Of a DNA stretch of 64,000 nucleotides, positions 38,969-52,985 are shown in pieces. The position numbers were made by a program, and so were the translations under genes. The notes under the pieces are model-generated. The model saw nothing but the letters and a program-made list of their open reading frames with translations, was not told where the DNA came from and made no database searches. The DNA is from Mobula hypostoma (lineage: Eukaryota), in contig NC_086097.1 in NCBI RefSeq assembly GCF_963921235.1, positions 12,152,001 to 12,216,000 on the forward strand. The letters run 5' to 3'. The stretch's first letter is position 1; the number at the start of each line of letters is the position of its first letter.

Positions 38969-39464
38969 CAGTACTCTGCAAAGGTCTTTGGCACATATGC
39001 AGCTAGGCTGCAAGCTTTTTACACAGTACTGTAGTAACTTTATGTATTGCACTGTACTGCGGTTGCAAAAAAAAAACAATTTTCATGACATACGTGAGTG
39101 ATGATAAACCTGATTCTGATATTGGTCTCTATTGTGGACTGAGAGTGGGAAGGGGGTTGGGAGAGGGGAATCACGGTTGGGAAAAGGGGAAGAGAGAGAG
39201 AAAGGAGCAGGAAGCATCAGAGAGACATTCTGTAATGATCAATAACCCAATTGTTTGGAATCAAATGACCTTGCCTGGTGTCTCAGGGCTGGGTGTGCCT
39301 GCACCCGTACCACCCCCTGACACCTGGAGCTCCTTCTCTGCCACCTGTCCCAAACCTCTCCCACGACACTCCACCCTCACCATTCCCAACATCCTTTGCT
39401 CCCGTCAGATTTACAAACTTGCTGTCTGGTCCATGTTGACAAATATAGTACTGTGCTATAGGCA

Positions 39465-39470
<6 letters not shown>
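38969..39470. mobile_element. Second copy of the composite Tc1-type element, inserted in a Rex 3' UTR
   Basis: TA|CAGTACTCTGCAAAGGTC; body matches 21500-21960; followed by (CT)n at 39471-39520. Confidence 0.75.
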
Positions 39471-39522
<52 letters not shown>

Positions 39523-40329
39523 GGTATATATTTCTTATTGTAATTAATCATATGTTTTAAGTATTGCACTCTAGCGCTACTGCTACAAGGCAACAAATTT
39601 CACGACTTATGGTCAATGATATTAAATATGATTCTGATTCTGGCTCATTCAAAACGGAGATCAATAGATTCCTGGACAATTAAGGACATTGGGAAGGGTT
39701 TTGGAAAATAGTGCTGTATTCAAATACCAGCTGCAAATGGCAGAATACACTCAAAGTTCTGAATATTCCTCTCCTGTGTCTTTGCCTTATGTTCTTCTGT
39801 TGCCAGTTGGAAGGTGGCATTCTGTATCTGACCGCAATGGGGATCGATAATTTAAGCAGCTGAATCTAATCATGGGAGGCTTTGATGAAGTTACAGCCCC
39901 TTTAAGGATGGCTGATGAGACTGACCTCACCCAAAGGAAACAGAATGCAGTACTGGCATCACAGGATCATAACCTGCATGTTTGTACAGCAGGCATCTGT
40001 GCCTCATTTAAAATGACAATGACCTGTCTGTTGCTGGAGCATCGCAGTAAATCACAGATCATGATTTTCATTGTGACACCATCTCCTTCCTGGCAGGTGT
40101 CTCATCCATCTCTAATCCCAACTGCATTAAGATCCAGATCATGGACCCACCCCCCGCCTTATCGACTTACCCCTTGCACTGGGGGGAATTTAAATTACCC
40201 CCACTCATTTGGTTTTCTGTTGAATTTACCAGTTTGTTTAACTCTTCTGTGTTTTGCCCAGATTTATATCTGTGTAACATTCTTCTTTAAACTGAACACA
40301 CAGTCAATAAAGTGGTCTGCAATTGCACA

Positions 40330-40830
40330 CTAACACACTATTCGTTTATTTTATTGGGCTTATTACATTTTAATGAAATAAATTAAAACTGATTAACAAC
40401 TGCCTGATTTCTTTCCAAAATGGCTCATTCCATAAGTTATTCAAAGTATATTTTTTTAATTTTTACAAAACTATTGGTAAGTAATGATGTCATTAAACTT
40501 GTATTAATTATAGAAAGCTTCTCTCAGGAACTCATTAATTGTAGTCTAATTTGCATAATGATGCATATTAATGAAGTCTTAATGAATCATGTTTTTCCCC
40601 AACTCTTTTTATTCGAGCTTTGAAATGAATTAAACAAATGAGTTAAAAGCATTCCTAAATTAACATTTTTTTCGCCACAACCAACTCAGCATAATCATTT
40701 ATATGAAGTAATGTATTTCTGAAATGAAATATAGCACATGTATTCCTTTGTTAATTGTAGTTAAATGCAAACATTTTATCTTGTTTTACAAAGTGGGGAA
40801 CAATTAATGGTCTCATAATTTCTAAAAAGC
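40330..40830. promoter_or_regulatory. Candidate conserved non-coding element or enhancer
   Basis: Repeat-free AT-rich block with many TAAT/ATTA motifs and octamer ATTTGCAT at 40549-40556; conservation not testable here. Confidence 0.4.
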
Positions 40831-43800
40831 TCCCTTTATGTGTACATTTTAAGGGCACAGAATATTGTACTCAGATCCTGGGATTTTTTGTTACTCTGTA
40901 CAATCTTCAAGTGAGCACTCGGGCCCCTCCCATTGGTTGTCATTCCGTATGAAGCTCTGCGTAGTGGGGGACAGCTATATAAGAAGTATGAATACAACCG
41001 TCTGTATTACATATTTTATTTTCATGTACAATTAATGGAATTCAGAAGGGTTTTCAAATATTTCCTCTGTAATATCAGATTATTCTGTCTGAGAAGACAG
41101 ACCCATGGACAAACCCATGTGAAAACCCTTGTAGAAAACTGCGCTGGGGCGTGATTTTGGGTCAGACAGCCTCTACTGTTGTTCACCTTCAGGAGTTGGT
41201 GTGAAGTCACAAGATCACTATCTGTGACAGAAATGAACCCTTCAAAAAGAGAAGCGGACAGGGTTTCTAAGCAAATCTGTGGTAATGAGTTCAAAGGGGT
41301 GTGTAGATTATTTGGTTTCAAAGCACGACTGCACATATTCCATTACTACACTTGGGTTCAACCAAGATAGCCCCTGATATGCTAATACCCATCATAAATG
41401 CTTTTTTTTTGCCTAACCAATGCCATTTTGCGTGTGCTGGATATGCTGAGCAGTGTAAACATATTACAGCTCCCAAGATAATATACAGCTCTCAATGAGT
41501 TACAATGAAATACTTCAATTTATCAGTTCTGTTGATGTCATAAATCACAGATATGAAGTTCAGGTAGTTTACGAACATCTGCAGAACTCCAAGATTAAAT
41601 GATCAACCTCAACTTACCATTAGCCTTCTGTTCTGCTATATCATTTATATGACTATTAGAACCTTTGTTGCTTACATAGGAGCACTAGGATGGATGGAGG
41701 ATTTTACTGTCGAATGGTTTCACAATAAGCGTTACAGTAACATAAAGGATAAGACACTTTGGAGCTGGTGAAATGCAACGTTTAAGATCCTGAGGAGGAT
41801 TGATAGGGTAAGTGTTGGGACAATGATTCTCCCTGTGTGGGAACATACAGCAAGGGAGCTTAGTTTCACAATGAGGGAAAACCGATTTCAGACAGAAATG
41901 CCAAGGAATTTCATCCCTCAAAAGGTTTCAAACCTCTGGAATTTACTAACCCCGTAAACAGTAGATGCCGCATCATTGAATGTTATTGGCTAGAAAGAGT
42001 GACAATCAGTGAACAAGAATGGAAGCACCTAACTTGTGAGATTGCCCTGGTGGCCACTATTTTCTGAACTGTTTGAACTGACTTCTTGCTCTGGGATAAT
42101 TTAATCTGAGCAATGGAATATGGATGCAAGGAAGGTTTCCGCTAATGACCTACTAAACCGGAGACCATTCTCAGAAAACTAGCTATTTATTTTGTATGTG
42201 AGAGGCTTGCAGGAGAAGCAATCTGTAACCTCCTCAGGCTCAGTGCCTAGGTCACTTAGTTTGACTGGTTTGAATTTGTCAAGAGTTGAAAAGAACAAAA
42301 AGCACGAGGTTAAGGACAAAGACCGAAACTAGACCGATATTGGTTGTAGCCCTGGACCAGAGGCAATAAGAAGGTTCCCCAGTTCAGTCAGGTGATCTCA
42401 AAAACAACGAGATTGAAGTGCAACATTTGAACTGGTGAGGAAAGGGTATAAAAATGAGAGGTTTTGAATGCAAAGGAGTGACAACTCTCCTGAGACCAAC
42501 TCTCACGGACATGGAGGACCCCATATCTGAGCGTAGACTCCTTTCCTGTCACGGGGAGAATTGAACTCTGAACTCTGAATGCCCCAAGCTGTAATGTGTT
42601 GTGCTAGCCAGTATGCTACCGTGGAGCCCCAATCTATAAAGGAAACACTCACTTCCCAACTTTCAATCTACATTCCATTTAGTTTACAATGAAGCCTGGT
42701 ACAGCTGGAAGAGTAAGACCCTGGGAATGCACCCATTTCCAATTAAACCACCACCACCCCTCCTACTCTCACCTCCCCCCAACCACCAACCACGGCATCA
42801 GTTGCATCCTCAATCTCTTACAACAATCTTTACAGTTCATGGGTTAAAAGAAAATAAAACTCGATGCATTTTTTGGGCGTGTTGCTTGAATTTCCAGCAT
42901 CTGCAGATTTCCTCGTGTTTGCATTTTTAAATGAAACTCGATGTCCTGTACTGCGACCGTAACTGGGAGCTGTGATGTATGAAGAACCCAGGATGAATGA
43001 AGTTAGGTAAGATGGCACCACCCTTGTATGCAATGGCCACCCTGAGCCCAACCAAAGGTGTAATTGTTCATCATTTATGTCTTCGAGATTATCAGAAGAC
43101 ACTGCTGGTTATCAAGAACATTAAGCACTGTAGGTCTACCTCATTAGCAAGTTGCTCAATAGCGATGGAGCTGGACATGTGCAGTAGTTGCCTTGTTGTG
43201 TACCATTGTGGTTCTGGGGCAGTTCATGGTCCAAAAAAATGTGTGAGCTGATAGTATTGGACTTTCTATTTTTGCAGTTGCAAGGCCCAGTTGGATATTG
43301 GTAATGTGGAATACTGCACATCCGGTTCACTGATTCATTGATGAGACAAGTGGTGGGGGAGCTGCGTTGTCTCGGTTGTGGTGAAGACCAGGCCCTTGGA
43401 CCCCGGGATTGTCTTTTGCTGCCGTGCAGGAGAGAGCAGGGACCTCTGTGGGCACACTGGAGTCCGTGCTGCGTTGGCGGCTGGCTCCTCCTGTCAGTGC
43501 TGCCCTCCAGTGTTTGCTCGGTGGAAGAGCAAGTTGGACCAGGACAACCACCTGTGCACATTCATTCTACAGGCCATGCCATTCAGTGACTTGGGCTATA
43601 TATTTTTTTGTGTTTTTGCATGTTTTCTGCTAAAATAACCATATGTGCTATGTGTTGTGTGCTGTGTGTTGTTGGTAATGTGTTTTGCACCATGGTCCCA
43701 GAGGAAAACTGTTTCTTCTGGCTATATTCATGTATGGTTGAATGATACTTCAACTTAAACTTGATCTTGAACGTCTGTGATACCTTTGTGTTTCAGTGCT

Positions 43801-46800
43801 CATGTTTCAATGTCTTTTTTCTTCTGCTTTAAGTAACATGCTTTGAATAAAGAGCATTTTTCCATCTGAGAGTACATTATAGTTCCAGTTAGGGTCACCT
43901 ACATAGCACAGTGGGGATGGCCTACTGATCAGTGCTTGAGACTAAATTATGCTTTGCGATTCATCCCCTTAGGATCTAAAAATTGCCTGCACTTATATCG
44001 TGCTTTGATGTTATAACTAAAACCTTGGGAGCATTATGAAGCAACACTTGGGAAAATTTATGTGTAAAGTGAAACTTCTTTAAGAAAACACTGAAAACTT
44101 TCCTGTAAATGGAAGTTATCAAGGGTCCCATGCAAAATGGAGGAACATACACCACAACTTCCAATAATGTTTTCTCACAGTGCTATGACCATGCTCTGGG
44201 GGTCCAATGGGGAAGCACAAAATTGCACGTTCCCTTGCATTTACAGAGGAGAATCTGTTCAAACAACCCTTTTCCAGATAGGTCGAGTGCAGAGAGCTCT
44301 CCATTGAAATCAGTACCAAGGATTAGCATATGGATGTTTTCAGATAGAGTTTTAAATTGGTCAATTTTATTTGAAGGATTTAAGTGTTTTAGTTATATTC
44401 CTTCTTAATTGTTAAATCATTTTTTTCAATTTTGAATTATCTTTAATAGTTTTTGAATGTTTCTGAATCTCGAAAATATTCTGAAAGACCCACTGTGTTA
44501 TGACAGCTTTGACATAGCCATCTGTCAAAGTTTACTCAGCTGATTCGTGGCCGGGACTTGCTCTGGCTCCCTGATGTGATTGGATTGATGCTCTGTTGCT
44601 GAGCTGGAAATGGAGCCACCTTTCTATCAGTGAGCCCCTCACTGGGAGGTGTGAAGGACTTAAATGGGAGCTTAGTCTGTAAATCAGCTTAGGTGTGGGT
44701 GGCACACGGTTTATCACAATTCCAGGCCGTGTGACAAAAGCTTAGTTGAGGAGGTAGGCAATAAGGAACTTCGAAGAAAAAGAGAGTGAGGAAGGGAGGG
44801 GAAAAGGCTGGAAACAGTGTCTGCTATGGGCCTTTAAGAAGAATCATCCAGTCTTGGAATTTAAGCCTTTAAAGTTAATTTTGGTGGAATAATGCAGAAA
44901 TATTTGGAAGGGTGCAACTATAAGGTCATGAACTTAAGGAACAGCACAGAACAGCACTGGTCTGTCAGTGTGGTTATGTGGTTCTGTCAGTGTTAGTCTT
45001 TGGTTTGTCCTGTTTTTCTGTGATATCACTCTGGAGAAACATTGTATCATTTCTTAATGCACATATGCATTTCTAAATGACAATAAAAGAGGACTGAGTG
45101 TTCTCATAATCTAATCTAAGAAGCAGGCCTTTTGCCTTCTGATTCCACACCAGCCCATTTACACTAATCCAACATCTCAGTAGATTGCAGAGACAGAGTA
45201 CGCTGGACAGATGGGAGAAGGCAAATAGGAAGCGGCTTGAGGCTTGAAAATAGGTGCATGAATTTTAAAAGCAGTGTGCTGCTGGACCAGGAGCCAAGGC
45301 AGATCACCAAGAACCAGGGTATACGGAGCGGCACAGTAGCATAGAGGTTAGCGTAATGCTGTTACAGTGCAGGTGATCAGAAAATCAGGGCTCATTTCCT
45401 ACTGCTGTCTGTAAGGAGTTTGTACTTTCTCCCTGTGGCCATGCAGATTTCCTCCGGGTGCTCCTGCTTCCTCCCACATTCCAAAGGTGTAAATTTAGCA
45501 TTAGGGTTAGTGAGTTGTGAGCAAGGTGCTATATGTGCAGGAAACATGACGACGCTTGTGGGCTGCCAGCACGATCCTCGCTGATTTGATTCCATGCAAA
45601 CGATGTGTTTCACTGTATGTTCTGATATACATGTGACAAATGTACATGGAGCTTAGAAAAATAGAGGACTATGGGTAACCCTAGGTAATTTCTAAAGTAA
45701 GTACATGTTCGGCACAGGACTGTGGTCCGAAGGTCCTGTATTGTGCTGTAGGTTTTCTGTGTTTCTGTGTTTCTAAATAAGGTTAACCATTGATCTCAGT
45801 GGAATAAGACTTGAAACTGGTTACAATTCAGTATGTGTTGTAGATGCACCTTCATCCGGAAGAACATTATTTCATTTGGTTATATATGTATTGTCAAATG
45901 ACTATAAACCTGAACTTGATTACAATTATGAGGGTATTTGGTTGAGTTTAAGTTTTACTCAAGCAAATCCAACTTTTGACCAGGCATTGAACGTTTGCAG
46001 ATGTAAACTTGGAAGGCACCTAAAAAAAAACTGTTAAATAAGTTAGCCTCAGTAAACATACAAAGTTGTTCATTACAGCTCTGGTTTTATGCTTGAGAAT
46101 ACATCTTTTTACTGCCTTCCTTCAACGTTCCAACCCTTGTATCAATCTCTCCCCATATTAACAGCAAAAAATAGTCGTATCCATCTAATATTCAGACGGA
46201 CATGAAAAGAATCACAACGGAACCTGCTCTATGCAAACATCATTTGACACTGTATTATCTTGAATATGTCTCACTGCATTAACATGCACTAACGTACCTT
46301 GCCAGCCTTGTAGACTGGCTCACTTCTATTGTTCCAGGCATGTTCTCCCCTTCCACCAAGACGCTTTATTTTTCTCTCAGAGATCCAAATCCAAGTGTGT
46401 TTTATGAAATGAAACTGCCAGATAGCTAAATACTGTAATTTATACCCCAAGAGCTCTGATAAGTTATGCCAGTCTGTATTTCATTCTCATGCTTCAGGAA
46501 CTCATATGAATCCCTTAGGTGTGTTTTTGGCTTCTGTTTCTCACCCAGATATCTGTAATTTTGTCTATTTTAGTAGTTATAAATGAGAAGCTATGAGATG
46601 TAACATGAGGTAAAACTGGGCCCTGCTGTGTTGAAACCAAAATAAATGTGAAATGTTGTTTCTGATTGCCACTTGACGGTGAAAATCCTGTGTTGTTTGC
46701 TAATTTATAGTTTTGCATCTTCATGACGTTTTCGATTCCACAGTTCCTGCTCTGAAGTAAGTAGATCCTTGATAATGAGGCTGCCGATGTTTCAGAGCCA

Positions 46801-47769
46801 ATTCAATTTTTAACCCTTATTGATTATCTATTATGTATTAAATGCTAAATACTTTGAAATGCACTTGTTTCTAAGCAGCGACCCTTTGATGTCATTTTGT
46901 TAACCCAAAGGCTACAGAAGACATGGTAAATCTCAATGGGTGGGCAATGGTCTGTGCGATTATTGTGGATTAAATGTGTATAAGAATACAGTTTAGTGTC
47001 AATGCTGTATGGTCATTCATTTAGAAGCTTGCTATTGTCAGAATGAAGCTTTGAGATGGGGAATGTCTTCCCGGGGAGAGTCGGGAATTAGAGGTAATAG
47101 ATTAGACAAGCTTGTTCCTTGTGTAAATGAAAATGGGAAACAGATGTTTGTTAATTAGGGTGAATGCAGATGATGACAGGACTACACTGCTATGATATAA
47201 ATGCTATTTGTCAAGAAGCAGCTGGTTAGTAGTTCCATTGTTAGATCCATATATGAATCATACTACAGGGTGACATGTGCCCCTCATGATGACCAGTAAA
47301 TCAAGCCTTTGTCTTTTATTGCTGCATTACTATTACATGCTGCCAGAGGGTATCAAAAAACACTAAACAACAGAATGGTTTCCGAAAGCCCTGCTTGTAC
47401 ATGTAGTATAATGACTTTTTGGAACAAACGTGTTACCATAACACTAGGATCATAAGCAGCAATGTGAGACACATAAAGGTGAAGGGGCATGAAATTTAAT
47501 CCGATATAAAATAGAAATAGGAGGAGTAGATCATATGGTCCCTGGAATCTGCCGTGTCATTCAATAAGTTCATGGCTGATCAGATTTTGGTATCAGCTTC
47601 CCTTCTATTTCACATTACCCTAGATGGTCCAAAAAAATTATCAGTCTCATCCTTAATGACTTCACTTCTATGTCCCTCTGAACAGCCAATTTCAAAGATT
47701 CACAGCTTTCTGTAGGAAGAAAATCCTCATCGTTTTAAGTGAGTGACCCTTTGTGAATACTGGTTTGCT

Positions 47770-48122
47770 TAGTGTTCCTAGAGCCGAGGGTATAAGAACT
47801 GGTGATGTGGCCTTTTGCTCTTACGCACCAAAAAAATCTGGAATACTCTACCGACTGAGGAATGCGTAACGTTTAAAACACTTCTAAAAACCTACTTTTT
47901 AAAAAAAATTGATCTACTTATAAGATTACTTAATGCCCGTTGATGTTGTTTACATTGAAATATTTTACATATTTGATTACATTTTATTCTATATAATGTT
48001 TTACTTATGATTTTTAATTTTGTCTAATTTTTATGACTATATTGATTTATCTTTATGTGGAGCACTTTCAGCCTGCATCTTAATGTATGAAAGGTGCTAT
48101 AGCAAAGTTATTATTATTATTT
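47770..48122 (+). mobile_element. L2-type LINE 3' end
   Basis: ctggaatactctacc...tttaaaacacttctaaaaaccta; tgtatgaaaggtgctata plus (ATT)n tail. Confidence 0.65.
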
Positions 48123-48465
48123 TTCTCTGAAACCAGGCCCTTCTGCTTGAGCATCCCTGACAGGGGAAAATATCATCATTGAGTTGCCCTTGTCAGTTGC
48201 CTCATAATCTTTTAGGCTGCAACAATAGTTGAAATAATAAAGAAGTGATTCTGCAAACATCAGGAATCCAGAATAACGCACACAAAACGCAGGAGGGACT
48301 CCAGAAGGTCAGGCAACATCTATGGAAAGAAATAATCAGTCGACCTTTCGGTTTGAGCCCCATCTTCATCAGCATTGTTGAAGTAATACCCGCTTAAGGA
48401 ACCAAATTGTGGTGTACTTCAGAAGGATGAGATCGATTTGATGAAGTTGGGGGGTTGTCCAGGTA

Positions 48466-49055
48466 CGAGGGGTGATTGATAAGTTTGTGGCCTAAGGTAG
48501 CAGGAGCCAATTTTAGAAAAGCTAGAACATTTATTTTTCAACATAGTCCCCTCCTACATTCTCCAGCCTTGTATCCCTTTTTCCAATCAACTTTCCATCT
48601 CTTAGCTCCATCTTCTCCTATCATTTCGGATCTCCCCCTCCCCCTCCCACTTTCAAATCTCTTACTAGCTCTTCTTTCAGTTAGTCCTGACGAAGGGTCT
48701 CGGCCCGAAACGTCAACTGTACCTCTTCCTATACATGCTGCCTGGCCTGCTGCGTTTACTAGCATTTTTTTGTGTGTTGCTCGAATTTCCAGCATCTGCA
48801 GATTTCCTCCTGTTTGCCCCTCCTACATTTACACACTTAGTCCAGCGGTCGTGGAGCATACAGATCTCGGACCTCCAGAAAGTGCCCACAGCAGGAGCGA
48901 TTGATAAGTTTGTGGTCTAAGGTAGAAGGAGATGAGTTATTAACTTCAAACTTTCTGCATAATCACTCAAAGAGTTGAACTGCATGTGCACGTAAAGAGA
49001 GCTGTATAACATGTCTCCTTCTACCTTAGGCCACAGACTTATCAATCACCCCTCG
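48466..49055. mobile_element. Mariner-type MITE with nested Penelope fragment (48561-48816, 13-bp TSD cccctcctacatt)
   Basis: TA|CGAGGGGTGATTGATAAGT...ACTTATCAATCACCCCTCG|TA. Confidence 0.9.
48683..48718 (+). ncRNA. Minimal hammerhead motif with a stem I mismatch
   Basis: AGUC-CUGACGA-AGGGUCUCGGCCC-GAAA-CGUC-AACU. Confidence 0.7.
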
Positions 49056-49369
49056 TACAAGTCATCTGAGTGGATTCTCCATTGGAAGCATTGGGAGGTT
49101 ATCACACCATCATGACTGTGGTAGATTGTGGCTGGGAAATGACCAGCAAAGACCTGCCAACAAATTTGGAACGTCCTTGGTCTCATATCCACATGTGAAA
49201 TTTCTAAACATGATGCAACAAACATAGAGAAATGTCAACCGTTCTATGAGGAACTATTGTTTTTTTTCCCTGCTCATCTCTAATGAAGCCATTGGAAATA
49301 AAGGCCATGTGGACATAAAGTGTGGATTGGAAAATTTGTACCACATAAATATCAGTAAATGTCTAATCA

Positions 49370-49895
49370 AATAGACAAACTATGACAATGCACGTTCTAC
49401 TGGATTTCCAAAGTAATCTATTGACAAACTTCAACTCATTTAGAACACTGCTGTTAAAACTTTAACTAGAGCCGGGATGAAGGAGCATATCACTCCTGTC
49501 CTAACTACTCTGCATTGGCTTCCTGTATCTTTTAGAATTGCTTTTAAAGTTTTCTTACTTGTTTTTAAAGCTCTCAATGGTCTGGGACAGGAATACATCA
49601 CAGGATCACTTCTGTTTTATAATCCTGCTCTCAGGTCTTCTTCTGCCAGACTCTTAATTTTAAAAAATCTCCCTCAAAAGATAATTGGCAAGTCATCTTT
49701 TTTTGAACTACACTCCTAACTTGTAGAACTCAATACCTAAAACTGGGACGCAGCCTCAGTTGACATTTTAAACATCAGCTCAAAACCTCAAAACCTCCAA
49801 AACTGACGTCTTTTTGTCTTTTATTTTAACATTTGCACTTTATCCCTTTGTAAAGCATTTGTATAAAAAGTCATCAATAAAACAAATTATATAAA
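49370..49895 (+). mobile_element. L2 LINE 3' fragment
   Basis: EHITPVLTTLHWLPVSFRIAFKVFLLVFKALNGL, a typical L2 ORF2 C-terminal motif. Confidence 0.9.
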
Positions 49896-50728
49896 AATTA
49901 ATTCTTTGATTTTTTAATTTTCTCATATTTTCCCAAATTGGCTTCAGAATCTATTTTTAGAATTGCATTTGAATTCTCTCTTCACAGTTATTGTCAGGAT
50001 TACAGTTCAGCTGGTTTATCTGTAGACCGACGGCAAAACTAAAAAAATAAGTCAACAGTGTGAGATCTGACAGTTACCGTCTCAGTGTAAAACATCTTCC
50101 TTAAAGGCACGCCGAGGGTTAATTGATTTTTTTTGCTTGGGCCCAGATGAGAGGGCTCTTCAAATGTTAATGTTTTCAGGGAGAAATTTGCAAACCCAAT
50201 CAGAGACCCATTCACAAACAATTTAGTTGTTCACCTGTTAAAATGCAAGCATTGCCATTAGAACCTCTTTAAAAATCAATCAGTTACGGGGAATTGTAAT
50301 TGACACCCTTTTGATTTCTTTTCTGTTTCAGTTGAATTAGTTTGAATATTTTGATCAAACAGTGACTGATGATGATGAGTTGAATGTGTTGATCCCCAAG
50401 TAGTGCAAAAGCACTCAATCAACTTGTATAGTTCAACTGACAAGATTGGTATAGGTTTCAGGACTACTGACCACACTACTGGACACAGAATCCTGTCCTT
50501 ATCGGCCTGAAATTCGTTTTCATAGATACTGCCTCACCTGCTGAGTTCCTCCAGCGCTTTGTGTGTTTTATGCCTGCTTCAGTTTTGTTACTGAAAACTT
50601 GTGCTGTAATCTGTTGAGGATCTTATTATACCATGTGGAGTGTAATTTATTTTTTAGGCAGAGTTACACACAAAAAATGCTGGAGGAATTCAGCAGGTCA
50701 GGCAGCAACTATGGAGAGGGGGAGAAAG

Positions 50729-50764
50729 AGTCGACGTTTCAGGGTGAGACCCTTCATCAGGACT
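50729..50764 (-). ncRNA. Minimal hammerhead motif in an older Penelope pLTR subfamily
   Basis: AGUC-CUGAUGA-AGGGUCUCACCCU-GAAA-CGUC-GACU. Confidence 0.75.
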
Positions 50765-51509
50765 GGAGAAGAAAGTGGGAAGAAACCAGAACAAAGTAGT
50801 GAGCGGAAGAGAAGAAGTTCAAACTGACAGGTGATAGGTGAAAAGAGGTGAACAGGAAGCTGGGAGGTAATAGGTGGAAAAGATTACATAAATAAATAAG
50901 CAATAAATATCGAGAATTTGAGATGTCACATAGAAATATAGAAAAATAGATAGTAGAGCTACTGGGACTTGATGTTTCAATCCCTATGGTAAGTTGGCAC
51001 TCTCGATGTTGGCAGTGGGCTTGGAGTGGTGACAAGGAGGGAGGGTAGGTATGTCATCGGGGTCATCAGGTGGGCACCCTCCTTCTTTGACGTTTCGTTG
51101 GTAAGCCCACAACGTCTCCAGAGAGCTCAATGGTGCTACCTGGCGTCCCAGATACACCCCCTCAGTTTCATACCCTCCTGTCTTCACCTTGCAACCCAGA
51201 TGTTGTCTTTCCTTTTAATCCAAATCCAATTGCTGCTTTCTGTTATTCTTATGGTACCGTCAGACTTTACTATCTCCTACATGGAGCAACCTTAGGCATA
51301 TGAAAGCCTTAAAAAAACTGCAGATGTTGAAAAGTTGAAATAAAATGCTGGAAACACATGCAGTTATCTGTATAAAGAGAAAAAGAGTTAATATTTTCAA
51401 TTAAAGTCCCATTTTATTTCCTGATAGATATACTATAATTCTTTAACGTCATCTTTCTCCTGACTTTATTTCACACTTGACCTTCAATGTCTCCTGAAGT
51501 CCACCTCAG

Positions 51510-52985
51510 CCAAGGTGGCGCTGGTGAACCACAGCAACGTGTTGTGGGCTGCTTACAAAATTTTGAAATATACTTCTTCTGAATTACAATCACGACAATC
51601 TGCAGCCTGTAAATTCCCTTGACGTGATCTACTTTTGATCTGTCTTAGTGAACTAGCAATTTCACAATTTGTCAAGCACTCAGTGGACTTAAGCATGGCG
51701 GTACGGCACCATCAAGCGGATGAGGGTATATCACTATAGCCAGAAGAAAGGCCGGAGTGGAGGGACTCCAGGCCAGGCTTTGAAAGTTTTTCTACCCAGC
51801 ATCTTTTTAGCAAATGTACAGTCACTGGGAAGCAATATCGAAGACCAAAGGGCAAGATTGCTGGATTGGAGGGAAATGAGGAATTGCTGCATTCTATGTT
51901 TCATGGACAGATGGCTCAGCCTGAACACGTCACATTTAGTGATCAGACCCAAGGGCTTCTTGATACACAGGAAGGACCAAACTACTGATTCCAAGAAGAC
52001 AAAACAATGGGGTCTGTGTTTCATGATAAACTCTCTATGGTGCTTGAACACAATGGTTTTGGTCTTGTCACGTTCTAGTTCCCCTGACCTGGAACATCTA
52101 ACAAATAAGTGCCAACCATTCTACTTAACAAGCTCTTTTCCATGATCCTGACCAGAGTTTACATACCACCAAAAGTCAATGTTAACCAGGCTCTTGAGGT
52201 ATTGAATGTTACCATCACTAAACAAGAAACTGTCCTCGCCAACATGTCTAAAATCATAGCTTTGTCTTCAATCAGAGTTGTTTGAAGAAATTCCTTCCTA
52301 ATTATCAGCAAATAACTTGCAGCACAAGAGGTCCCAACGCGTTCAACTACTGCCATACTACAAATAGGAACGCCTACTGTTCCATGCCTAGGCAGCTTTT
52401 AAGGAAATCTGATTACATGACTGGCCTCCTGCTACATGAGTACAGGCTAAAGGGCAAGGCTCCAGAGATACGAACAACAAAGAGGTGGTTGCAGGAGGCA
52501 AAAGAGTGGCCATGGATTGCTTCAAGTCAGTGGACTGGGCTGTGTTCAAGGACGCATCAGAGGACAAGTGTTTCTCCACAATATCGTTCAGAATCTTCTC
52601 CAACCAGAAGCCCCGTATGAACCATGAGATCCACAATCTGTTGAAGGCTAGATCAGTGCCATTCAGGTCTGGTGACCAAGAAAATATTAGAGGTCCAGGT
52701 ATGATCTCCAGAAAGCTGAACTGTTCCCACAACCTATGGAATCACTTTCAGGGTTTCTTCCTCCTCAAGTTCTCAATATTTATTGCATATTTATTTATTT
52801 TTACTCTTTCATATTTGCACTCTTTATGGTCGGTTTGCATATCAGTTGTTTGTCCATCCTGTTGGGTGCAGTCTTTCATTGATTCTATTGTGTTTCTGCG
52901 GACTTACTGTGTATGCCTACAAGAAGAATGTCAGGTTTGCATATGGTAATATATATGTACTTCTATAATAAATTTATTTTGAACT
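51510..52985 (+). pseudogene. Internally deleted Rex1/Babar LINE: APE endonuclease remnant plus 3' UTR
   Basis: LPSIFLANVQSL...EMRNCCILCF..WL, GLCFMIN..WC, DCFKSVDWAVF, FSNQKPRMN; frameshifted. Confidence 0.8.

Noticed and set aside
45329..45400. tRNA-like sequences
   Set aside because: Degenerate SINE heads without a complete cloverleaf
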